A stretch of 64,000 nucleotides of DNA, from positions 352,001-416,000 of the forward strand of contig CAVRAO010000008.1 in assembly GCA_963719035.1 (NCBI GenBank). Reading direction: 5' to 3'. This DNA is from Methanobacteriota archaeon (GTDB taxonomy: Archaea > Halobacteriota > Bog-38 > Methanoflorentales > Methanoflorentaceae). Below the pieces are notes generated by a model. That model was not told the DNA's origin, made no database searches, and saw only the letters and a list, made by a program, of their open reading frames with translations. This document shows, piece by piece, positions 55,153-64,000 of the stretch. Each line of letters opens with the position of its first letter. The stretch's first letter is position 1. Position numbers and translations under genes: made by a program.

Positions 55153-56839
55153 ATGACGCGCCTGTTTGAAGTAACAAAGCGAGACGGTGCTGCCCGGTTA
55201 GGAAAGCTCATGTGGCGAGGCGAAGAGGTCGTCACGCCTTGTAGCTTCGAGTCTAAAGAGGACCTTGAGTTCCTAAAGGAATCGACGATTCACCGAGCTG
55301 AAATCGACGTGACGATCGTCGCTGCTCAAGAAGAGACGAGCGCAGAACAAATCGACGCTGATGTAGTCATCCTCGCCGGCGCAGCGAGATTCCGCGATGA
55401 TCCGCGTGGCCTGACCAAAGCGCTCTTGAGGGCGAGAGAATTAGCAAATCCTGATTCAGCGCTTTACGCGCCGGCGTTGGCGACGCCAGAGAACGTGAGC
55501 TTGCTGGTCTACGCGGGCGTTGATCTTGTTGACTCCGTTGTGGCAGGGGTCAAGGCCCGCGAAGGGTACTTTCTCGATGCCGACGGCGGACGGCGATTTG
55601 ACGCGGTTTCGCGCAGGCCCTGTTTGTGCAGCGCCTGCAATGGCGCAAACGTAACAGAACTCTCGTTCGAGCACAAGGTGGCGTTAGCATCAGACCACAA
55701 CAAAAGAGCCCTCAAGGCAGAGCTCAACAAGATAGCCGAGAATGTAGAACGCGGGACCCTAAGGGAGCTTGTGGAGGGACGATGTAGATCTGCTCCCGTG
55801 CTAACAGCACTTTTACGATTGCTCGACGATGAGTTACAATTACTTTGAGCGGCGATCGCCGATTGTGCGGACGGCTACGCTGCTTGCGTGTTCTCAAGAA
55901 TCTCTTAACAGGCCGGAAATACGCCGGTTTAGCGAACGCGTCATAGAGCGCCTTCGGATAAGGGACGGCGTCCTGCTTCTGCTTCCGTGTTCTGCGCGAA
56001 AACCGTACTCTCGCTCGCGGTCCCACAGGATTATCCTTGCACATCTCAATAAACTGCGCCAGTATCTTAACGAGGCCATAATAACGTCGCCTATCGGCGT
56101 TGTTCCACGCAGTCTCGAGATTATGTACCCTGCAAGCAACTACGACATACCGGTCACCGGGAAATGGACGTGTGACGAGAGGGAGTGGGTAATCGGGCGC
56201 CTCAGTCAGTACCTTTCGGTCAATGCTTTTGAAAGTGTTATTGCACACGTAAGTGGTCCCTATCGACAGATCTGTGACGAAGTTGCTGCCTTACTCGGAA
56301 TCGAAATAGTTCACACCGTTTCTGATGAGAACGTTCTTAGTTTCGCGTCCCTCCAGCGCTTACGCACCGTCGCCCAAGAGCTCATTGATAGTTGTTCACC
56401 GGCGCGGCGCGATTTGCGGTTTGATTACTTGCGGGATCTCGCTGATTTTCAATTCGGCTCACACGCGTCAACAGCTATCTTTCCCGAAGTTCCAAAAGTC
56501 CACGGGCTTTTTCCGGCCTACTACGCCTCGGACGGTGGAGAGCGCATAGCAACTATCACGGGCACGTACGGTACCCTTGCTCTGACAATTGAAGGCGCTC
56601 GACGGTACCTGAGCGCAAGCGACGGTACGTACTCCGTAAGAATCGATGACTTCGAACCAAAAGGGACAGTTTTTGCGATAGGCGTGCTCAGTGCTGATCC
56701 CGGTATACGGCCTTTCGACGAGGTGATCGTATACAACGATAGCGTCATTGCAGTCGGAAGAGCCCTCATGAGCGGTTGGGAGATGCAAACGTCGAAAAAC
56801 GGTGGCGCTGTTGCTGTACGGCACATGGAGTCGCGATGA
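55153..56839 (+). CDS. arcS: Archaeosine synthase ArcS, split by a +1 frameshift at ~55834
   Basis: TGT-like N-terminal part; LLLPCSARKPYS.S.SH, YDIPVTG.W and PUA domain in the second ORF. Confidence 0.88.
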
Positions 56840-57855
56840 AAAAACAGCAAATACCTCGTGAATACGCGGCCCGGAAGCCGGAGCGAAAAGCAATCGGCAG
56901 CCGCGCACGTGGCAATGCGCAATTTGCCTGGACTGGCATGGATCTGCTAAACGGAGAGGTCGTGCCGTCTCTGACTGTGGTTCTTACGACTAAAGGCTGC
57001 TCCTGGGCCCATCGAGACGGCTGCACGATGTGCGGTTACAGCATCGACTCGAACCCTAATACGCAAGCCTCAGACATTCAAAAGCAATTCAACCAGGTCA
57101 TTGCGCGCTATGGCAAAGCGTTCAAGATCGTGAAACTGTTCACCTCAGGCAGCTTTCTTGATCAAGATGAGGTGCCGATCGACGTGCGAGACGCAATCCT
57201 GTCTGAGTTGAGGGACATGCCGAAGGTTATCGTCGAGAGTCGACCGGAATTTATCACGCCTGCGATCTGCGAGGATATCGCTAGAACAAACGAGCACGTT
57301 GAAGTAGCAATTGGCCTTGAAACGTCAAGTGACCGCATCAGAAACAACTACATCAACAAAGGGTTTTCATTTCGTGATTTTGTCAGGGCATCTGAAGCAG
57401 CACGCGCTCACGGCTTCACAGTCAAGGCTTACCTGCTCCTCAAGCCACCTTTTCTGACAGAACGGGAAGCCTTGGAAGATGCCCTCCAATCCGTTCGCGA
57501 CGCTGCCCCGTACGCAGATACGATTTCGTTGAACTTGTGCAACGTGCAAAAAGGCACCCTCGTTGAGGCACTTTGGAAAAAAGGCCTGTATAGGCCCCCG
57601 TGGTTGTGGTCTGCCGTGGAAGTCCTGAAGCGGACGCACGAGACTGCTACTGTCATCTGCGATCCCGTTGGAGGGGGCTCTCGGCGGGGGCCGCATAACT
57701 GTGGCAAATGCGACCGCGAGGTGGTAGCAGAAATCAAAGAGTTCTCCCTTTCCCAAAACAGCGCGTCATTCACCGCTTCGTGCACCGATCAGATGCTGTG
57801 GGAGTTTGTCCTCGAGTTTGAAGAGTTCAGTTACGGCGCACCGCTTGTGCCGTAA
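56836..57855 (+). CDS. raSEA: Radical SAM enzyme RaSEA (archaeosine biosynthesis)
   Basis: GCSW....CTMCGY, FTSGSFLD, ESRPE, LLKPPF, RPPWLWS and HNCGKC; ATGA overlap with arcS. Confidence 0.92.
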   Translation: MKKQQIPREYAARKPERKAIGSRARGNAQFAWTGMDLLNGEVVPSLTVVLTTKGCSWAHRDGCTMCGYSIDSNPNTQASDIQKQFNQVIARYGKAFKIVKLFTSGSFLDQDEVPIDVRDAILSELRDMPKVIVESRPEFITPAICEDIARTNEHVEVAIGLETSSDRIRNNYINKGFSFRDFVRASEAARAHGFTVKAYLLLKPPFLTEREALEDALQSVRDAAPYADTISLNLCNVQKGTLVEALWKKGLYRPPWLWSAVEVLKRTHETATVICDPVGGGSRRGPHNCGKCDREVVAEIKEFSLSQNSASFTASCTDQMLWEFVLEFEEFSYGAPLVP

Positions 57856-57962
57856 AATGCGGGCGAATCTTCTATTCTTCACTTTTGCGACTTCGTTTGA
57901 TAAAAGAGCGATAAGACAATGCTTATATACAGTTTAGCCAGTGTAGCAGCTGAGGTGGAACC

Positions 57963-58146
57963 ATGGCCTTGCGTGGCACTTTGATCTTGTGGGCAATTAT
58001 CTTTCTCCTCATTGCAATTGTTGCGGGCCTGCTCGGACTGACTTGGCTATCTGGAATAGCACAGAGCGCAGCTCTACTTGTGGTAGGCAATATTCGTCAT
58101 ACTATTCGTGATATCCTTCGTCGCTGGGTGGCTGCGACGCCATTAG
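57963..58146 (+). CDS. DUF1328-like small membrane protein with +1 frameshift at ~58086
   Basis: WAIIFLLIAIVAGLLG..GIA; removing one G gives AIFVILFVISFVAGWLRRH*. Confidence 0.7.
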
Positions 58147-58290
58147 CGTGCGCGTCGGTGAACCGTTCAGGTTGACCCATTTCCTCACGGTAGGATACGG
58201 ACAAACCCCGTATCTGAGTCTATATTCAGCAAACGGCATTGTTTTAGCAAAAGTGCTGAGCAATGCGTTGCGACAGAGTCCACAAAAGAG

Positions 58291-59931
58291 CTATCCGAAG
58301 ACACGCTTGAATTCACGTATCTGTTCTCGCGTGCCTATGACGGTCAGTGTGGAATCTTCACTGATAACGTGCTGCGGTGCGGGGTTCGGTATGGTTGCTC
58401 CACCGGCAGTGACGGCGATGACGGTACACCCGGTGCGTGATCGTATCTTTAGGTCCTCGAGGCTTCTGCCGACTAGTGACGGACCGGGAGGATATTCAAC
58501 AATCTTCATGTCCTCTGAGAGCAGGACCTCCCGTAGTCGCGTGCCACGGGGCCGGGGGTCAACAAATTTCAGCAAAACTTGGCCAGCTACAACGGACTGG
58601 GACAACACAAAGTCTGCCCCCGCCTGGTACAACTTTTCAACTGCTTGTGGGCGCACTGCGCGACAAATAATATCAATCTGAGGGTTAAGTTTTCTCGCGA
58701 CTAGAGTTGTATAGATTGCATCCAAGTCATTATTGATCGTGACGAGAAGGGTAGATGCTTCGGTAATCCCTGCTTGCTTAAGGATTGTCCTATCAGCAGA
58801 GCTCCCAACCACGTCACCTTGGTGCGTATCGATGATGATGTGTTCAATACCGTTTGACCGCAACACCTTGGATGCCCTTTTTCCAACGTCGCCGTACCCT
58901 GCGACGATATAGTGCCCCCTGATCGCGCAGTACGTACCATCAAGCCGACACATTGAGAGTTCCTTTGCCGCGTCGAGTTGTTTTTTTGTGCCGATAAGCA
59001 AGAGTACGGAGGTGTCCGTGATGATTTCAGAGGCCGGTGGATTGAAGGTGAGCTTTGAGCGCTTCCACATGCCTATGATCGTTGCACCTGTTCGCTCACG
59101 TATCTTGGCTTCTTCGATTGATAACCCGTTGATGCCGCTTTCTCCAAGAATCGGCAGCTCAAAAATCCGCAAAGAGCCAATCAAGGGAGTGGTGCCAACA
59201 AGCCGGTGCGTTATAGGCATGGCGGCCTTGGTGCCAATGTCAATGCCAAGCAGTTGTTTAGGCGATACGACTTTGTCCGCACCAGCATAGAGCAGGTATG
59301 CGGCGTTTGACATGTCGTCAACGAGACTAATGATGTCCGCTTGCGTAAGCTTCTTTGCAGCAAGCGCGACAATGGCATTCTTCTCATCGCTCTGATTTAG
59401 AACGACCTTATTTGCGCGCTCTATCTGAGCGTTCCGTAGAGTCACTTCGTCGCCGGGATCCCCAAACATACACGGTATCTTTCGTTCGACCAGAGCTTCA
59501 ATCACTTCCCTGTCGTCGTGAACAACGAGGTACGGCAAACCCCGCTCTTCAAAATCCTCGATAATCGCGTCTACCAGAGAGTTGTAGCCCACGATCAAAA
59601 CGTGATTGTTAGCCTTTGACTTCGTAGGCACCGATCGCCGAACGCTCTCCAGCACGGGCTCGAGGACGACAGGGATTAAGATTACGAAAAAGATGATAAT
59701 GCCAGTCAGCATTACAAGCACGGCAAATATTCTGCCCACGCTGCTTGCAAAGACGATGTCTCCTAGACCTTGCGTGGTCATCGTTGCGATGACCCAGTAG
59801 ACGGCGTCGATTATCGAATAAGACCTGCCTTCAGCACTGGCCATCAAGAGGAGGAAGACATAGCTATAAACGATGATGAACAGCACGGTGGCTACAAGGA
59901 AGATTAGTAGAGATTTGCGAAGAGGCCTCAT
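58291..59931 (-). CDS. TrkA-domain (RCK) potassium channel
   Basis: TMTTQGLGD filter; two TrkA-N/TrkA-C pairs. Confidence 0.93.
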   Translation of the reverse strand: MRPLRKSLLIFLVATVLFIIVYSYVFLLLMASAEGRSYSIIDAVYWVIATMTTQGLGDIVFASSVGRIFAVLVMLTGIIIFFVILIPVVLEPVLESVRRSVPTKSKANNHVLIVGYNSLVDAIIEDFEERGLPYLVVHDDREVIEALVERKIPCMFGDPGDEVTLRNAQIERANKVVLNQSDEKNAIVALAAKKLTQADIISLVDDMSNAAYLLYAGADKVVSPKQLLGIDIGTKAAMPITHRLVGTTPLIGSLRIFELPILGESGINGLSIEEAKIRERTGATIIGMWKRSKLTFNPPASEIITDTSVLLLIGTKKQLDAAKELSMCRLDGTYCAIRGHYIVAGYGDVGKRASKVLRSNGIEHIIIDTHQGDVVGSSADRTILKQAGITEASTLLVTINNDLDAIYTTLVARKLNPQIDIICRAVRPQAVEKLYQAGADFVLSQSVVAGQVLLKFVDPRPRGTRLREVLLSEDMKIVEYPPGPSLVGRSLEDLKIRSRTGCTVIAVTAGGATIPNPAPQHVISEDSTLTVIGTREQIREFKRVFG

Positions 59932-60091
59932 CGCGAACACCTCGGAGTTTTCGAAACCAACTTTTGCACTTACATGTCAATGCGGGATATAAATAGTAAC
60001 GTCTTTTGACGTCTTTAAAATCGAATTCGATCTTGCTATGGGTTGCCTAGTGAGAAAGGTTTATCATAGGCTCGCATAATCTCTAGATGCC

Positions 60092-61345
60092 ATGGACGTC
60101 GAGGACGTAACGCGATCGGTGAGGGCTCATCACAAGTGGTTCAGCGAATCCCTCCCGATGATCGCGAGTGAGAATGTCACTAGTCCTGCCGTGCGTCAGC
60201 TTTTAGCATCCGATTTCGGCCATCGATACGCCGAGGGTAAGGTTGGCCACCGGTACTACCAAGGGGTTAAGTACATCGACGAGGTCGAACAATGCGCCAT
60301 CGACTTAGCCCTCAAACTGTTCAGAGCTGAGCACGTTAACGTACAACCCATCTCGGGCGTAAACGCGAATATTGCTGCTTTTTTTGCCCTTTCAAGCCAA
60401 AATGATGTGCTAATGGCACTTGACACCTCTCACGGTGGTCACATAAGCCACGGGACGAAGTCCGGTCCGGGTATTCGTCACCTGAGGATCGTCAAACATC
60501 CCTTCGACTACGAAGAGATGAATATCGACACAGATGCGATGGTGTCGACGATTTATGAAAAGAAGCCCAAAATCATACTCTTTGGGGCGAGCTTGTTTCT
60601 CTTCCCACACCCGGTCAAAGAAGCGTGCGATGCCGCACGTGACGTCGGCGCCACAATCGTGTACGATTCCGCACACGTGCTCGGCCTCATCGCGGGCGAG
60701 CAGTTCCAGGACCCACTCAACGAAGGAGTTGATGTGATGACCGGTTCGACGCATAAGACGTTTCCTGGACCCCAACACGGAATAATCTTTACTACGCGCG
60801 CACTCGCCGACGCGATCGATGACGCTGTGTTTCCGGGAACCGTCAGCAACCACCACTTGCATCACGTCGCGGGTCTCGCGGTCACGCTCGTGGAAATGCT
60901 TGAATTCGGGAAGGCCTATGCACAGCAGACAATCAGGAATGCAAAGACGCTCGGTGAGGCGCTCCACAACCATGAGTTCAACGTGCTGTGTCCTGAAAAA
61001 GAATTCACGGAGTCTCATCAGATCGTATTGGACGTAGGGCGCGCAAGTGTTTTAGCGGCTGCTCTCGAAAAGGCGAACATAATAGCCAACAAGAATCTGT
61101 TACCGTGGGATAATCATAATGATCCAGAAAATCCTTCAGGGATTCGATTTGGAACGCAAGAGCTGACAAGATTAGGAATGAAAGAGTCTGAGATGAAAGT
61201 AGTGGCAGGACTTGTCGCTCGCGTACTTAACGGCGAAGCACCCGAAAAGGTTAAAAAAGATGTGGTAGAGTTTAAAAATAACTATCAGGAGGTCGAATAC
61301 TGCTTCAGCCATGAGCTTGGAGCTTACCAATTCCCCCCTTGGTAG
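60092..61345 (+). CDS. glyA: Serine hydroxymethyltransferase
   Basis: IASEN, YAEG, GGHISH and STHKTFPGP motifs. Confidence 0.98.
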   Translation: MDVEDVTRSVRAHHKWFSESLPMIASENVTSPAVRQLLASDFGHRYAEGKVGHRYYQGVKYIDEVEQCAIDLALKLFRAEHVNVQPISGVNANIAAFFALSSQNDVLMALDTSHGGHISHGTKSGPGIRHLRIVKHPFDYEEMNIDTDAMVSTIYEKKPKIILFGASLFLFPHPVKEACDAARDVGATIVYDSAHVLGLIAGEQFQDPLNEGVDVMTGSTHKTFPGPQHGIIFTTRALADAIDDAVFPGTVSNHHLHHVAGLAVTLVEMLEFGKAYAQQTIRNAKTLGEALHNHEFNVLCPEKEFTESHQIVLDVGRASVLAAALEKANIIANKNLLPWDNHNDPENPSGIRFGTQELTRLGMKESEMKVVAGLVARVLNGEAPEKVKKDVVEFKNNYQEVEYCFSHELGAYQFPPW

Positions 61346-62057
61346 ATTATTTTGCAATGGAAGTGCAATACTGATCGTTTTCGATATGGATGGCACACTC
61401 ATCGATGGCGAGACAATCGATGAGTTGGCAAAAGCTGCCAATGTCGGAGACCTTGTGGCGGGACTCACAAAGCGCGCCATGAGGGGCGAGATGGATTATG
61501 AAGAGGCCTTAAGAGAACGCGTAAAGCTCTTAAAAGGTCTTAAAGTAGCGGAGGTCAATAAAGTAGCCTCAGAGCTCCCTCTTATGAAAGGGGCTCAAGA
61601 GCTCATCCGGGAGCTTAAGAAAGAGTATAAGATCGCAATGGTTTCTGGAGGGTTTACCATCGTTGCCCGCACGGTAGCTCAAGAACTCGGAATTGACTGT
61701 CTGATTGCCAATGAACTCGTTATAAGGGACGGGGTTTTGACAGGAGACGTTGTTGGACCGTTAGTGCACCAAAACTCCAAAAAGGAGGCACTAGAGGCCA
61801 TTGCCAGGAGGGAGGGGATACGCCCCGAGGACTGTATTGTGATTGGAGACGGGGCAAACGACATCTCAATGTTTGAAGCTGCCGGGTTTTCCATAGCATT
61901 TAACGCAAGTCCAATTCTGTATGATATTGCGGACATCGTCATTATGCAGAAGGACCTCACCATGATACTGCCGATATTCAAGAGAGGAGTGCATGCTGAA
62001 AGAATTGCAGGAAAAAAAAGCCTTGTTAAAAAAGGAAGCCGACGTCTCAAAGCTTGA
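61311..62057 (+). CDS. serB: Phosphoserine phosphatase (start uncertain)
   Basis: FDMDGTLID.ETIDE, VSGGF and GDGANDISM motifs. Confidence 0.94.
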   Translation: MSLELTNSPLGRLFCNGSAILIVFDMDGTLIDGETIDELAKAANVGDLVAGLTKRAMRGEMDYEEALRERVKLLKGLKVAEVNKVASELPLMKGAQELIRELKKEYKIAMVSGGFTIVARTVAQELGIDCLIANELVIRDGVLTGDVVGPLVHQNSKKEALEAIARREGIRPEDCIVIGDGANDISMFEAAGFSIAFNASPILYDIADIVIMQKDLTMILPIFKRGVHAERIAGKKSLVKKGSRRLKA

Positions 62058-62853
62058 GCGTAACCGGCTTAACGCAGAAGCAAGTCAGTTCGCTACGAGA
62101 CGTGACGAGTTGAACACGAAGACCCGAGCTTTGATAGACAGCGCACAGCAGTCCAAAGACAAGCGAGATGAGTTCAACAAACTTGTTTCAGAGAACAAGG
62201 AAAAGCGGGACAGCATTAATGAGCAAGCGAACAACCTTCTCGCCAAAGCAGACCAGATTAAGAGAAAGTTTAGAGTCTCAGGCGGACTTTCGCTTAGCGA
62301 GCTCAAGCGGGAAATTGACCACCTTGAATTTAGGCAGCAGACGGAAGTTGTGAGTACAGAAAAAGAGCGTGAGCTTGTAGATCACATCGCCCACCTCTGG
62401 GAGGAGTACAGAAAGAAGCGGGTAGAGCTTGAAAACAACACTGAACTCAAAGAGGCGTTGGAAAAGGCGCACCAGCTCCGGGAAGAGGCAAGCGAATTTC
62501 ACAAGCAGCTTACGGATAACGCAGATCGTGCGCAGGAATGCCACGAAAAGATGCTCAAATGCTTCAAGGAAGCAGACACGGTTCGCGCCGAAGCTGATGT
62601 CGCGCATAAAGAGTTTGTGCGCGCACAAGAGAGTGCGGATGAGCAGCATCAAAAGTACATAAAAATGGAAAAGGAATTAAGAGACTACGACAAGATTATA
62701 TCGAGTCTCAAAAAGCGAACCAAAGAAGCCCGTGAAACTCGCGAGAGGGGCGACGTGCTTAAACGAGCTGAGGAGGTTTACGCTATGTTTAAAGACGGGC
62801 AAAAACTCGAGACAGATGATCTCCTCCTTCTACAGCGCTCCGGCCTCCTATAA
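61993..62853 (+). CDS. Archaeal coiled-coil protein (COG1340-like)
   Basis: Long heptad pattern, LEFRQQT, C-terminal GQKL.TDDLLLLQ. Confidence 0.85.
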   Translation: MLKELQEKKALLKKEADVSKLERNRLNAEASQFATRRDELNTKTRALIDSAQQSKDKRDEFNKLVSENKEKRDSINEQANNLLAKADQIKRKFRVSGGLSLSELKREIDHLEFRQQTEVVSTEKERELVDHIAHLWEEYRKKRVELENNTELKEALEKAHQLREEASEFHKQLTDNADRAQECHEKMLKCFKEADTVRAEADVAHKEFVRAQESADEQHQKYIKMEKELRDYDKIISSLKKRTKEARETRERGDVLKRAEEVYAMFKDGQKLETDDLLLLQRSGLL

Positions 62854-62877
62854 GCTTCAGGCTCATTGCAAGGAAGA

Positions 62878-64000
62878 ATGAAACTGGTCTTGTGCATCGA
62901 TCGCGACAACGATCTGGGATCAAAAGCCCACCTTCAGTGTCCGATCATCGGGCGGGAAGGCAACGTCAACGCAGCGTTACAGCTCGGACTGATCGATCCT
63001 GAAGACTCTGACGTAAACGCTATTTTTGAAGGCATTCGTGTTTATGATGATTTAAAGTCAGAAGGAATCGAAGCCGAGATCGCGTCTATAGCAGGCAACG
63101 AAGATGTTGGCTTAAAATCAGACCAGATCCTCGCAAAGCAGCTTGACCATGTCCTTAGCAGGGTTAACGCAACGAGTGTAATCATCGTTACCGACGGCGC
63201 AGAAGATGAATTTATACTGCCCATCGTTCAGTCCCGCATTCAAATTGATGGCATAAAACGCGTCGTTATACGTCAGTCTGAAAGCCTTGAAAGTACCTAT
63301 TACACGATTAAGAAGCTCTTCGAGGATCCAAAGATTGCGAACTATTTTTTCATCCCTGTCGGACTTACGCTCATTTTATTTGCGATATTCTCTTTTGCGC
63401 AGCACCCTGAAGGTGCCCTCATTGTGATAAGCGCATTCATTGGCATATACCTTCTTTTTCGAGGGTTTGGGCTTGATGATGCTCTTGAAGGCATTGCCCA
63501 AAGTGTGAAGTCTTCGTTTTATGGAGGCAATATCTCGTTTGTTACGTATATGGTGGCCCTTGCACTGGGAATTATCGGAACAGCACAAGGCATTATCACG
63601 ACCTTGAGTTTGGACTTCAGCGTTTATGGCGGCGTGCTCACTGTCGCTGTCTTTATCAATACTGCCGTGTGGTGGTTCGTTGCAGCAGGGGTGATCCTGA
63701 CTATCGGCCGAATCATCGACGCTTATCTAAACGACACAAAACACGCATGGCGATACGTGGAAATTCCTTTTTTCATATTTTCGACCGGTCTAATGCTATG
63801 GAGCGCAAGTATCCTCATATTAGCACTTGGAGGGAAGCCAATTCCCGTGCTCAACCCAGCGGACGTTTTATTAATTCAGACTTCAAGGAGTATCGAAATC
63901 ATCACAGGCTTCCAACTGCTTTTGTTTTCAGTTGCCGGCGCTATCATTATCGCCTTGACTGGCATCGCCATAGCTTCGCTGATAAAAAGAGGGCAAGAGC
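62878..64000 (+). CDS. DUF373 family membrane protein (runs off window end)
   Basis: MKLVLCIDRDNDLG..DPEDSDVN..TDGAEDE..RQS; no stop in the window. Confidence 0.9.
   Translation, partial: MKLVLCIDRDNDLGSKAHLQCPIIGREGNVNAALQLGLIDPEDSDVNAIFEGIRVYDDLKSEGIEAEIASIAGNEDVGLKSDQILAKQLDHVLSRVNATSVIIVTDGAEDEFILPIVQSRIQIDGIKRVVIRQSESLESTYYTIKKLFEDPKIANYFFIPVGLTLILFAIFSFAQHPEGALIVISAFIGIYLLFRGFGLDDALEGIAQSVKSSFYGGNISFVTYMVALALGIIGTAQGIITTLSLDFSVYGGVLTVAVFINTAVWWFVAAGVILTIGRIIDAYLNDTKHAWRYVEIPFFIFSTGLMLWSASILILALGGKPIPVLNPADVLLIQTSRSIEIITGFQLLLFSVAGAIIIALTGIAIASLIKRGQE

Overview
Archaeal DNA, most likely a methanogen-related euryarchaeote (inferred from tgtA/arcS/raSEA, DUF373, a stand-alone TRAM protein and GAGGTG ribosome-binding sites). 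The right ~12.5 kb (from ~51.7 kb) is compact housekeeping sequence: DUF366-PK_C-tgtA-arcS-raSEA, a TrkA K+ channel, and glyA-serB-coiled-coil-DUF373. The left ~51 kb is an accessory patchwork of short segments with visibly different base composition and many gene remnants. It carries oxidative-stress genes (katG, a decayed monofunctional catalase, Gpx, MsrAB), an arylsulfatase, an AMP phosphorylase-RuBisCO-R15P isomerase operon, a large glycosyltransferase-GH130 fusion and surface proteins. The most striking unexplained signal is a set of same-strand, intergenic, tRNA-Val-like motifs (TCG[C/T]C-N7-GGCG[A/G]-AG plus two decayed tRNA 3' halves) at segment junctions between 27 and 46.5 kb. These suggest repeated att-type site-specific accretion of foreign DNA. 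I found no integrase, transposase, CRISPR array, rRNA or intact tRNA. Several single-base frameshifts in otherwise intact genes may be sequencing errors. All calls come from reading the sequence by eye; no searches were run.
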